In this document: in pieces, positions 1 to 8,930 of the stretch
Layout: the number at the start of each line of letters is the position of its first letter
Position numbering within the stretch: the first letter of the stretch is position 1
NCBI RefSeq assembly: GCF_013365495.1
Contig: NZ_CP046580.1
Span: 600,001-632,000, forward strand
Direction: 5' to 3'
Source of the DNA: Candidatus Saccharimonadota bacterium
Lineage (GTDB): Bacteria > Pseudomonadota > Alphaproteobacteria > Rickettsiales > Anaplasmataceae
DNA: 32,000 nt
The notes under the pieces: generated by a model
The model's database searches: none
What the model saw: only the letters and a program-made list of their open reading frames with translations
Told to the model about the DNA's origin: nothing
Position numbers and translations under genes: made by a program

Positions 1-1
1 A

Positions 2-70
2 CCAAATAAAGATGAAAATGCTTCATCTTCTATGGGTGCAGGTGGTATGAATAGAATGAATGAATTTTAA
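2..70 (+). CDS. groEL: 3' end of a GroEL-like chaperonin gene (partial, runs off the left edge)
   Basis: Frame 2 is open from the window edge to TAA at 68-70 and reads PNKDENASSSMGAGGMNRMNEF*. The Gly/Met-rich tail resembles the GGM-type GroEL C-terminus. Only 22 codons are visible. Confidence 0.45.
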   Translation, partial: PNKDENASSSMGAGGMNRMNEF

Positions 71-85
71 GTAAATAAAAACTTG

Positions 86-138
86 GAGACAAGTAGCAAA
101 ATAAAGGCTACTTGCTCTAAGAATAATTTTTTATTTTT
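86..138 (+). terminator. Hairpin plus T-rich run downstream of the groEL-like gene
   Basis: Stem CAAGTAGC (90-97) pairs with GCTACTTG (107-114) around a 9-nt loop, extendable by GAG/CTC with one bulge. The T-run TTTTTTATTTTT lies at 127-138, but 9 nt separate it from the stem, so it is not canonical. Confidence 0.4.
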
Positions 139-613
139 CTGAAGTACATTAAGAATATAAAATACTTAAATAATCTTTATTACCCACACAAAAAGTCTCT
201 TATCCTTACTGCCATAACTTACTTTAAGTGTACCCGCTTTTTTTTTATTAAAACTCAAGTATCTGTTTTTACCTTTTTATTAAAAATATACCACTCTTCA
301 TAATATATAAGAAAATTTATATGAAAAATACCCCAAAAATTTCCTCTGTACTTACCACAAACAACGGCTTTATAATACTCAAACAAACACACAATAAACA
401 TATACTTGATGAAAAAAGCTACATTTTATAAAATAACCTAGAAAGTAAGTATCTCAACTACTAGGAAAAAATAAGTAAAAACACTGAGTAATATAAGATA
501 AGTGATAAGCAAAAAACAACATAGTACAATGGTATTTCCAAAATACTATACAATATTCTCAACTTATAAAAAGTATAACCATTTCATATTCTCTTTCAAG
601 ATATACGATACGG

Positions 614-684
614 CTGGGGTGGAAGGATTCGAACCTTCGCTGGCGGTACCAAAAACCGCTACCTTACCACTTGGCTACACCCCA
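614..684 (-). tRNA. tRNA-Gln (anticodon UUG)
   Basis: The reverse complement reads TGGGGTG TA GCCAAGTGGTAAGGTA GCGGT TTTTGGT ACCGC CAGCG AAGG TTCGAAT CCTTC CACCCCA G. It has a 7-bp acceptor stem, a GTTCGAATC T-loop and a TTTTGGT anticodon loop with TTG at positions 34-36. It is close to the E. coli tRNA-Gln pattern UGGGGU...CCCCAG. CCA is not encoded (CCG follows). Its 5' end lies 11 nt after the cutA stop. Confidence 0.9.
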
Positions 685-695
685 ATACATCAATC

Positions 696-1013
696 TTAGT
701 TAATAGCATTACTAACCCAATCAGTAAAAGCCCTATTTGTCTTTTCTACTGGTAATATCATAATAGCAGGCTGATCATAAGAATGCATTGCTTCAATTTT
801 TTTTATAACCATATCAACTTTGCCACTTCTACTTTTCATGATTGTTACTACTTCATAACTATTATGAATTTCATCTTTCCATAAATATAAAGAATTTACC
901 TGAGAAAATATGTTTACACAGAAAACCAATTTCTCACTTAATAATTTTTCAGAAATAGTTTTAGCTTCTTCTAAATTTGAAAAAGTTGTATAAACTAAAA
1001 CTATATTACTCAT
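696..1013 (-). CDS. cutA: Divalent-cation tolerance protein CutA
   Basis: The 105-aa ORF has a typical CutA1 sequence (VLVYTT...EEAKTISEKLLSEKLVFCVNI...SLYLWKDEI...EVVTIMKS...HSYDQPAIMILPV) and the right size. Confidence 0.85.
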   Translation of the reverse strand: MSNIVLVYTTFSNLEEAKTISEKLLSEKLVFCVNIFSQVNSLYLWKDEIHNSYEVVTIMKSRSGKVDMVIKKIEAMHSYDQPAIMILPVEKTNRAFTDWVSNAIN

Positions 1014-1239
1014 TAAATAACATTAATTAAATATATTATGAATATACTCACTTAAGTTAATTCATCAAGAAAAAATAAAACTAAAGTATCTTTCAATACC
1101 CATCATTATAGTTTAAAAGCATTTCATGAAAAAGAAGTTTCTAAACAATAAAGTCCCTACTATCTAAATTGCTTAAAATTAGAATTCATATTCTAAAACA
1201 CATGAGATTAAAAATGTTTTTTAAGTTCAATACCCACTC

Positions 1240-1292
1240 AGCTCTAAAAAATATAAAATCAAAAGGGATGTTACTTCTCATAACATCCTTTC
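1240..1292 (-). terminator. Orphan intrinsic-terminator-like hairpin (minus-strand orientation)
   Basis: GGATGTTA (1266-1273) pairs with TAACATCC (1281-1288) around a 7-nt loop. Read on the minus strand, the stem is followed by CTTTTGATTTTATATTTTTT. No intact gene lies upstream of it on that strand. Confidence 0.3.
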
Positions 1293-1339
1293 AAAATTAA
1301 AGAGAATAACCCTACTTACCAAACTATAACCATAATTAC

Positions 1340-2170
1340 TTACATAGATTTATATAGTGAACGTCAGTTTTTTAAACAACCATACTCGTAAAAGGTTATT
1401 GTTTTACTATTTCACCCAAAAGACATGCTTTTTTTAATCAGCTTGTTTCATACTTTGCCACCTGACCAAATCATCATAACTGATTTTGAAGAAGAACCAA
1501 CCAAATCTATTTGACTATCAATAAATTACCAGAAAAAGAATTCATTTCTAGAAAAATGAGAGTCAACTATTACAACACCACTTTTAGAACCTAAATTAGA
1601 AACCATAGTAATATTTGTCAGTTTTTATAGAATCAACACTTGACAAACTATTTTCTAACAATCTACGCCAATAAATTGTATTGAACCTGAACCTCTCCTA
1701 CTTGCATATCTTAAATTGCACTCCATTAAGTTTTCCATAACATTAGAAAGCTTACGTTCTATCTTACATTCTCTAATAATTTTTACAGTTTCATTAATTT
1801 CATTAAATTAAACTCAAAAAAAATTTTATTAAAGATTGTTATCATTACGAGCTAACAGACATGTAATTTTTAACATTTAAATTATTAATAAAACCTATCC
1901 GCTGTTCTAACTGATTGATAAACTTATCCTTTTTGAAACCTTAATACCATTAATAAAATAAATTCTTTCTAATATTCTTCCTTCAACTCAAAAAATATTT
2001 TTTCAGTTAAAACAAAGTTACCAACAACAGTTTAGTCTTCAAAAACTTCCTTAATGAACATTTTTTTTACATCATTAAAATTCTTTTGTTTTTTTTCCTC
2101 TGCCTTTAAAACGACAGTTTGACCTTACTGTTCTATAGAATATAAAATTTCATCTAGATTAGAGATATTT
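1340..2170 (-). pseudogene. Possible eroded gene remnant(s) in the cutA-hflK divergent spacer
   Basis: One minus-strand frame (1340-1806) gives 149 sense codons with 7 stops, starting with a 50-codon open stretch FNEINETVKIIRECKIERKLSNVMENLMECNLRYASRRGSGSIQFIGVDC. It continues ...KLTNITMVSNLGSKSGVVIVDSHFSRNEFFFW*FIDSQIDLVGSSSKSVMMIWSGGKV*. A second frame (1885-2170) reads NISNLDEILYSIEQ*GQTVVLKAEEKKQKNFNDVKKMFIKEVFED*TVVGNFVLTEKIFFELKEEY*KEFILLMVLRFQKG*VYQSVRTADRFY*. I recognised no homolog. Confidence 0.25.
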
Positions 2171-2185
2171 TATTTATATAAAATC

Positions 2186-2465
2186 GTGCTAACACCGCAA
2201 ATGTTACAGTTGCAAGGCCACCATTACACTACCAGTAATTACCGGAGAAGATACAATAAAAAAACAGCTCCAACTGTCATAGCTATACCTATAACAAACC
2301 AAGTACTGCTTTATTCATCATCTCTTAATGACTTTACCCCATTCTTTAAAAATTGCATTCGTTACATCCGAAAAAGGTAAGAATTACTGTGTTACTAATT
2401 TTGCTGAAGTTGTATGTTAACAACACTTGGATCTATTCTATTGCTACTTAACATTATAAACCTCC
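2186..2465 (-). pseudogene. Possible decayed small membrane-protein gene with an intact RBS and start codon
   Basis: On the minus strand, GGAGG (2461-2465) is followed 6 nt later by ATG (2452-2454), giving MLSSNRIDPSVVNIQLQQN* (2395-2454). Downstream fragments in shifted frames read MQFLKNGVKSLRDDE*SSTWFVIGIAMTVGAVFLLYLLR* and PVITGSVMVALQL*. The region is locally richer in G+C than the surrounding spacer. Confidence 0.3.
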
Positions 2466-2817
2466 TACTAAATTAAACACATCAAATTATAAACCTTCAA
2501 TTCTTAAATTAGTGTAACTTAACCATCTCAATGCTTATTATTATATATGAAATAACTATACAAAACAACTTTCACACTTATAAATAAAATAAATTCATAA
2601 AGTTTAAAAAATAAAATAATACTCTTTACTCTAGAAACATACAATAAAAAAATTTGCACTCCAATAACTATATCAAAATTTAGTCACCCAAAAAAACAGC
2701 ACAAATAAAGCAAAAAAAAAGTTTAAAATTAAAAACTAACCATAATCACATGTAAAAATAAAGAAGATATAAAGCCATACCTTAATATACTTATAATTAC
2801 CATAAAATAAAATAGGT

Positions 2818-2846
2818 TTGCAATTTTCTACTATAAGGAGTATATT
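2818..2846 (+). promoter_or_regulatory. Candidate sigma70-type promoter for hflK-hflC-htrA
   Basis: TTGCAA (2818-2823), a 17-nt spacer, then TATATT (2841-2846), ending 27 nt upstream of the hflK ATG. AT-rich context makes chance matches common. Confidence 0.3.
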
Positions 2847-2872
2847 AGTGTATTAGTTATAAATTAGTCGTT

Positions 2873-3910
2873 ATGTTTGATGAAAACAATCCTTGGAATT
2901 TAGGAAAGAAACCAATAAAAAATAAAATTTCTAATAATGAAGATATTTTCGGTAAAGTTATATCTGAGATAAGATATTTTTTTACTGGTTTAACAAGAAA
3001 TGGCAATAAAAAACCTTATTTAATCATTTTTTTCATTATTTTATTCTTCTACGTTTGCACTGGTTTCTATATTGTTCATCCAAGCGAAGAAGGCATAGAG
3101 GTTATTTTTGGTAAATATTCTAATACAGAAACACCTGGCTTACGTTATCACTTCCCTTATCCTATTGGTAAAGTTTTTAAGGTTAATGTTAAAGAAGTAA
3201 ATCGTGAAGAAATTGGGATAAGTAGTTCTTATGGGCGAGATGCAGATCGAGGTGAAGGCGTTATGCTAACTGGAGATGAGAATATAGTTAACGTTAATTT
3301 TGAAGTCCAATGGCGCGTTAGAGACGCTAAAGATTACTTATTCAAAGTACGAGACTATAAACCTGGTTTCAGTGTTAAAAATGCTGCTGAAAGTGCTATG
3401 AGGGAAATAATAGGCAAAAACACAATCTCTTTTGCACTTGGCCAAGGTAGACAAGAAATTCCAATAGATACTAAAGTTCTACTACAACAAATTCTTGATG
3501 GATATCAAATGGGTATAGAAATATTATCGATACAAATGAAAAAAATAGACCCACCAGAAAAAGTCATTAGCTCATTCAGAGACGTACAAAGTGCTCGTGC
3601 GGATAAAGAACGTATTATAAACGAGGCATATGTTTACAGTAACGATGTTATACCTCGAGCAAAAGGTGAAGCAATAAAAATAAAGCTAGATGCAGAAGCA
3701 TATGAAAATGAGATAATAAATGAAGCAAAAGGCAATGCAAATCATTTTCTATCTCTTTATAAAGAATATAAGCATAATCCCTCCCTTGTTAAGAACCGCA
3801 TTTACCTTGAAACTATAGAAAATATTCTTAATAAAACAGATAAGATTGTTATCACTGATGATTTAAAAGGTGTGTTTTCTTACTTACCTCTTACAAACTT
3901 GGAGAAATAA
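2873..3910 (+). CDS. hflK: HflK, SPFH/band-7 modulator of the FtsH protease
   Basis: The 345-aa ORF has an N-terminal TM segment (YLIIFFIILFFYVCTGFYIV) and an SPFH core (GLRYHFPYPIG...MLTGDENIVNVNFEVQWRVRD). It also has a C-terminal coiled region and is followed 2 nt later by hflC. Confidence 0.9.
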   Translation: MFDENNPWNLGKKPIKNKISNNEDIFGKVISEIRYFFTGLTRNGNKKPYLIIFFIILFFYVCTGFYIVHPSEEGIEVIFGKYSNTETPGLRYHFPYPIGKVFKVNVKEVNREEIGISSSYGRDADRGEGVMLTGDENIVNVNFEVQWRVRDAKDYLFKVRDYKPGFSVKNAAESAMREIIGKNTISFALGQGRQEIPIDTKVLLQQILDGYQMGIEILSIQMKKIDPPEKVISSFRDVQSARADKERIINEAYVYSNDVIPRAKGEAIKIKLDAEAYENEIINEAKGNANHFLSLYKEYKHNPSLVKNRIYLETIENILNKTDKIVITDDLKGVFSYLPLTNLEK

Positions 3911-3912
3911 TT

Positions 3913-4785
3913 ATGTTTAATAATACTAAGGTTACTTGCGTTCTTATATTTGCTATTTTCTCAATCTTCATATTTAACTCAATATTCATAGTGCAAGAAG
4001 CAGAACAAGCAATAGTTATACAATTAGGTAAAGTTGTGAGAGATATTAGAGAAAGTGGTTTATATTTCAAGTTGCCATTTATAAATAATGTAGAATCCTT
4101 TGATAAAAGAGTTTTAGATCTAAGTCCAGATACAACTCCAAGAGAAGTAATAACCGCAGATCAAAAACGTATCATAGTAGACGCTTATGCAAAATATAGA
4201 ATAGTAGATCCTATTACTTTTTATCAAACTGTAAGAAATGAGTTAGGACTAGTCAGAAGGTTATACCCAATTATAGAAGCTCACTTAAGAGAAAATATAG
4301 TAAGATTTTCATTAATTAATCTACTAAATGAAAAAAGATCAGAAGTCATGCAATTAATTCAGCGTGGAGTTTACTTTGAAGCTAGAAAATTTGGTATAGA
4401 AATAATAGATGTAAGAATTAAAAGGGCAGATTTGCCAGAGGAAAATAGTTCTGCAATATTCCGTCGTATGCAAACTGAAAGAGAAAAAGAAGCAAAAGAA
4501 ATAAGAGCAAAAGGAGAACAAATAGGACAAGAAATTAGATCAAAGGCCGATAAACAAAAAAGGGAAATTATTGCTAGCGCAGTAAAAGAAGCCTATGAAA
4601 TAAGAGGGCGTGGCTATGCTGAAGCAACCAAAATTTATAATGAAGTATTCAAAGCTGATGAAGAGTTTTTTAACTTCTACCGTTCTATGAATGCTTACAG
4701 TAAATCGTTTACTGAAAATAACACCAAGTTTATACTTTCACCAACTAACAATTTCTTAGATATTTTTAATAGGGGATGGAAATAA
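3913..4785 (+). CDS. hflC: HflC, SPFH/band-7 modulator of the FtsH protease
   Basis: The 290-aa ORF has an N-terminal TM segment and an SPFH domain (VQEAEQAIVIQLGKV...GLYFKLPFINNV...ITADQKRIIVDAY). It sits directly after hflK. Confidence 0.9.
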   Translation: MFNNTKVTCVLIFAIFSIFIFNSIFIVQEAEQAIVIQLGKVVRDIRESGLYFKLPFINNVESFDKRVLDLSPDTTPREVITADQKRIIVDAYAKYRIVDPITFYQTVRNELGLVRRLYPIIEAHLRENIVRFSLINLLNEKRSEVMQLIQRGVYFEARKFGIEIIDVRIKRADLPEENSSAIFRRMQTEREKEAKEIRAKGEQIGQEIRSKADKQKREIIASAVKEAYEIRGRGYAEATKIYNEVFKADEEFFNFYRSMNAYSKSFTENNTKFILSPTNNFLDIFNRGWK

Positions 4786-6281
4786 AATTTATGAGGAGTA
4801 AAGTTTTATCTATATTTTTATGTCTTTTAATTTCATTCTCTCTGTATGCTAGGGTATTTTGGAGTACAGAGAAGGCTGTAAGTAGCAATACCATCCCATC
4901 TTCTGCATACAATAATAATTGCAATCAAGGACTTGCCGATCTAGTAGAAGAACTCATTCCTGCATTCGTAAGCATTTCAAGTGAACAAGTGATTAAGCAA
5001 GGAAATAGTAATAGAACTAGAGCTCCATTACCAAGAAATGATTTTTTTGATGGTTTCAGAGAATTCTTTGAGTACTTTGACCAATTTTTTACAGATAAAA
5101 ATCCTAATATTAGCAGAGAAGCAATACTACTCGGATCTGGATTTATTATAGATAAAAATGGAACTATAGTCACCAACTACCACGTCATCAAAAACGCTCA
5201 ACATATTACAGTCACTATGAACGATGATACTTATTTCAAGGCAGAAGTTCTAGGTTATGACGCAAAAACTGACCTTGCTGTGCTTAAAATCAAAGCTGAT
5301 AAAGACCTTTCTTTTGTAACGCTCGGTAATTCTGATAAAGCAAGAGTTGGCGATATGGTTATGGCAATAGGTAACCCATTTGGTTTAGGTGGTTCTGTAA
5401 GTACAGGAATTATATCTGCAAGGTCTAGAGACATCAACATTGGTACTATGAATGAATTTATTCAAACTGACGCTGCAATTAATAGAGGCAACTCTGGAGG
5501 ACCACTATTTGATTTAAATGGAAAGGTTATAGGTATTAATACTGCTATTTATTCTCCATCTGAGTCTGGAGGAAATGTAGGTATAGGCTTCGCTATACCT
5601 TCTAATATAGCTGTACCAATCATTGATAAATTAAAAAGTGGTAAAAAAGTAAAACACGGTTGGCTTGGCGTACAAGTTCAGCGTATAACAGTAGAATTTG
5701 CAGAATCTTTAGGTTTAAAAGACACAAAAGGTGCATTAATTGCGAGTATAGTAAAAGGTAGCCCTGCAGAAAAAGGTGGCATCAAAGTAGGTGATGTATT
5801 ACTAGAATTTGATGGTAAAGTGGTTGATAGAATGGCACAATTACCTCAAATGGTTTCAAGAACTGAACCTGGAAAAAAAGTGCAAATTAAATTATTGAGA
5901 AAAAGTAAAGAAATGAACATCAGGATTACTATTGGAGAATCTATAAATGATAGCCAAGATAATAATCAAGAAGAAAACTTATCAACATCTGATTATGTAG
6001 CTGGTTTAAGCATTTCAAATCTATCAAAAGAATTAAAGGAAAGCAATACATCTATAAAAGGAATAATAATTACTAATGTGGATATCCATAAGAATCCTAC
6101 ACTACGTGATCTCAGAAAAGGAGATATCATTATGCAAATAAATGAGCATGATGTAGAAAATGTTGAAAATTTTCAAAATCAAATAAATTTGGCAAAAAAG
6201 CAAAACAGCAAAAAAGCCATAATGCTACTTATTTATCGTAATGGAAATCAATTTTTTACTTCAATAAAATTGAAAAACTAA
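4776..6281 (+). CDS. htrA: Periplasmic serine endoprotease of the DegP/HtrA family
   Basis: Trypsin-like triad context is present (TNYHVI, DLAVLKI, TDAAINRGNSGGPLFD), followed by two PDZ-like regions (WLGVQVQ...GSPAEKGGIKVGDVLLEFDG and KGDIIMQINEHDV). The signal-peptide-like N-terminus is MRSKVLSIFLCLLISFSLYA. An alternative start at 4791 avoids the overlap with hflC. Confidence 0.9.
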   Translation: MEIKFMRSKVLSIFLCLLISFSLYARVFWSTEKAVSSNTIPSSAYNNNCNQGLADLVEELIPAFVSISSEQVIKQGNSNRTRAPLPRNDFFDGFREFFEYFDQFFTDKNPNISREAILLGSGFIIDKNGTIVTNYHVIKNAQHITVTMNDDTYFKAEVLGYDAKTDLAVLKIKADKDLSFVTLGNSDKARVGDMVMAIGNPFGLGGSVSTGIISARSRDINIGTMNEFIQTDAAINRGNSGGPLFDLNGKVIGINTAIYSPSESGGNVGIGFAIPSNIAVPIIDKLKSGKKVKHGWLGVQVQRITVEFAESLGLKDTKGALIASIVKGSPAEKGGIKVGDVLLEFDGKVVDRMAQLPQMVSRTEPGKKVQIKLLRKSKEMNIRITIGESINDSQDNNQEENLSTSDYVAGLSISNLSKELKESNTSIKGIIITNVDIHKNPTLRDLRKGDIIMQINEHDVENVENFQNQINLAKKQNSKKAIMLLIYRNGNQFFTSIKLKN

Positions 6282-6336
6282 TCCTTACTCAACTTACACA
6301 ATAAATTATACCATAAATTCATCGAAAAATAGTTTC

Positions 6337-6368
6337 GCTTCTTATAAGAAGCTAAGGCTAGCTTTCTT
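6337..6368 (+). terminator. Overlapping palindromes downstream of htrA (weak terminator candidate)
   Basis: GCTTCTTATAAGAAGC (6337-6352) is a perfect 16-nt palindrome. It overlaps a second imperfect inverted repeat, AAGAAGCTA aggc TAGCTTTCTT (6347-6368). No U-tract follows immediately. Confidence 0.3.
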
Positions 6369-7111
6369 ACTAAAAACACATATAAACCATGAAAATTTAC
6401 TTTCTACAATCTATTGAGTACTGCTTTTTAAAATAGTAATGTCGAATAAATATAAAAATTGATCACAATAATATAAATAAATATCCCCATTTTTCTTTAT
6501 TTTCTCTTTATTATCCCATTTATACAAAAAAAATAAACTCCTCACCACACAATATATTTAATAATACCTACCTATAAAATTAGAACAATAAACTTCTTAA
6601 ACTTTTATGTTATATGATTATTTACAATCATTAAACTACCCTTCCCCTACTACACAGCAATATATAAAATATTATCATGCTTTCATATATTTTCTTCCTC
6701 ATCTATTTAAACAAAAATATACTCTCTCAAAACTTTACAAGTTCATTATAGATAATACTTTCCCTCCAAAAAAAAATTTTGTTATTTATAACTTCACTAA
6801 AATTTAGAACTAATACATTATTATAAAAAGATTATCCAATTTTAATGAAGATATTTAACTACTCTCTACTTATCAAAAGTAAAGTGTTGTAGAAAAAAAT
6901 CCACTTCTATATATACTTTACTAAATATTTCATCCTGTCTCTATCTAATATTAACATTAACTTTATAATTTTTAGTTTTTTAATTTCTTTTCTAACATAT
7001 TTTTATAATTTAAAGTATACTAAAATTTAACCTCATTATATAAATAAATAGAAAAGAAACTTGAGTATTTCTTTGCAATACTATATAGTAACCATTTTAA
7101 GTAATCAATAT

Positions 7112-8464
7112 ATGGATAATACTATCATAAGAAAATATGATATTAGAGGAATAGTAGGCAAAGACCTACAAATAAACGATGGATATGAGATAGGCAGAAA
7201 GTTTGGTCAAACTGTATCCAATGTTTGTATAGGTTATGATAGCAGAATAAACTCACCAAGTATAGAAAAAGAACTTATTAGAGGCTTAACTTTATCCGGA
7301 GCAAATGCTGCACGCATTGGATTATGCTCTTCACCTATGCTCTACACTGCAACACAAATCATGCAAGCAGATCTTGGTATTATGATTACTGCTTCACATA
7401 ACCCTCGTGATTACAATGGCTTTAAGTTTTTTAGCAACAAAAAAACTTATTCAGATCAGGAAATAAAAGAAATTATAAGTAATCCAATTAAAAATAGTAC
7501 AAAAATTGGAAATTTAATTAACATGAATATATATAGTGAATATATTCATATATTAAAAAGAGCATTAAAAAGTAATACAACACAAAAGCTAAAAATGGCC
7601 TGGGATTGTGGAAATAGCCCAATAAGTGGAATACTAAGATATATTGAAACATTCTTATCCGGCCATACGCACATTATAGTTAACAATTCTATAGATGGAA
7701 CATTTCCACTACACGATCCAGATCCTATAGAAAAAAAAAACCTCACTCAATTAATTGATATCGTAAAAAAAGATAAATGTGATCTTGGCATTGCACTTGA
7801 TGGAGATAGTGATAGATTATGCTTGATTGATAATAAAGGCAATATTGTCTCCAATGACCACTTATTTATGATTTTTGTACGGGAAGTATTAAAAGAATAC
7901 CCACAAAGCAAAGTTATTGCTAACATAAAAATGAGTATGAAAGCATATGATTTTGTAAGCAATTTAGGAGGAAAAATAATTACTTGTGCTACTGGACATT
8001 CATTAATTAAAAAGAAAATGCTAGAAGAAGAAGCAAAATTTGCTGGTGAATCAAGCGGCCATTTTTTCTTTTCTGAACTAGGTTTTGATGATGGAATGTA
8101 TTCTGCTATAAAAGCTATTGACATCTTGCTTAAAAAAAAACAAAGTTTATCTCAAATAATTGAAGAGCTACCAAAACTATATATTACTCATGAAATAAAA
8201 ATTTCAGTTAAAGACGAAAAAAAATTTCAAATAATTGAGTTAATTAAAAAAATATTAAAGCAACAAAATATTACATTTTCAGAGCTTGATGGTATTAAGG
8301 TAATCAATACCAATAATAAAAGCTGGTGGCTTCTTAGAGTGTCAAACACACAAAGCTGCATTACAGCAAGATGTGAAGGAAATACTTTAGAAGACTTTAA
8401 ACTAACTAAAAAGATTTTATTTTATTATATTAAAAAAATAAAGCTCTTAAATTACAATCGCTAA
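7112..8464 (+). CDS. Phosphomannomutase/phosphoglucomutase (alpha-D-phosphohexomutase, AlgC/ManB type)
   Basis: The N-terminus reads RKYDIRGIVGK, the active-site loop ITASHNPRDYNGFKF, the metal loop ALDGDSDRL and the sugar loop GESSGHFFF. The ORF track begins at a TTG at 7061. The ATG at 7112 (MDNTIIRKYDIRG) fits family N-termini better. Confidence 0.85.
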   Translation: MDNTIIRKYDIRGIVGKDLQINDGYEIGRKFGQTVSNVCIGYDSRINSPSIEKELIRGLTLSGANAARIGLCSSPMLYTATQIMQADLGIMITASHNPRDYNGFKFFSNKKTYSDQEIKEIISNPIKNSTKIGNLINMNIYSEYIHILKRALKSNTTQKLKMAWDCGNSPISGILRYIETFLSGHTHIIVNNSIDGTFPLHDPDPIEKKNLTQLIDIVKKDKCDLGIALDGDSDRLCLIDNKGNIVSNDHLFMIFVREVLKEYPQSKVIANIKMSMKAYDFVSNLGGKIITCATGHSLIKKKMLEEEAKFAGESSGHFFFSELGFDDGMYSAIKAIDILLKKKQSLSQIIEELPKLYITHEIKISVKDEKKFQIIELIKKILKQQNITFSELDGIKVINTNNKSWWLLRVSNTQSCITARCEGNTLEDFKLTKKILFYYIKKIKLLNYNR

Positions 8465-8930
8465 AATAAAAGTAGTTTACAAAATTAACCCTATAAATTA
8501 TAACCAATTATTCAATAAAGATACCTATCACTCTATTTATTTAAGTTTTTATTAATTTATGAAATCCATATAACTAAAATCTACATTAACGAAGCTTTAA
8601 AAAGAAGTAATCCTTTTTTATTCCTTGCTTCTATTTATTATATTAGTGATATTCATGAAATAAGATAGCAAAAGCACATAAATACAATTAAAAAAAATTA
8701 AGTAAACTACCTTTTAAACTTTAGAAAAACTTTCAACTTATTTAATATATTCTCTCTACCTACCAAATTTAAACCCAATATTAAGGCTTTATTATATTTA
8801 TACACAATAATTAAACTTTAATTTCTTTAAACAGAAAAAAAACTCTTTACTTTTCTATTCTAAATAGAAAACTTAAGTAACATAGCAATCTACAATTAAA
8901 AAGTAGAGATCAATATATATCACCTAAATA

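Noticed and set aside
502-699. 65-aa plus-strand ORF
   Set aside because: It runs antisense through tRNA-Gln, is G-poor and low in complexity, and has no RBS.
2186-2380. 64-aa plus-strand ORF starting with GTG
   Set aside because: It has implausible composition and no RBS. It is the shadow of the minus-strand fragments, which look more gene-like.
2836-2850. AAGGAG followed by GTG upstream of hflK as an alternative start
   Set aside because: GTG TAT TAG terminates after two codons. The AAGGAG lies inside the proposed promoter spacer rather than serving as an RBS.
4925-5440. Antisense ORFs inside htrA, with similar shadows in pgm (7546-8124), lolC (9550-9795), pstS (20066-20290), rpsK (22177-22359), secY (23630-23812) and rplB (30850-31041)
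   Set aside because: They lie opposite confidently assigned genes, and I recognise no known family in any of them.
6607-6807. 66-aa plus-strand ORF in the htrA-phosphomutase spacer
   Set aside because: Its codons are almost free of G, the peptide is low in complexity (Y/F/K/I/N/P) and there is no RBS. A 66-codon ORF could arise by chance in a strand this poor in G, where two of the three stop codons contain G.
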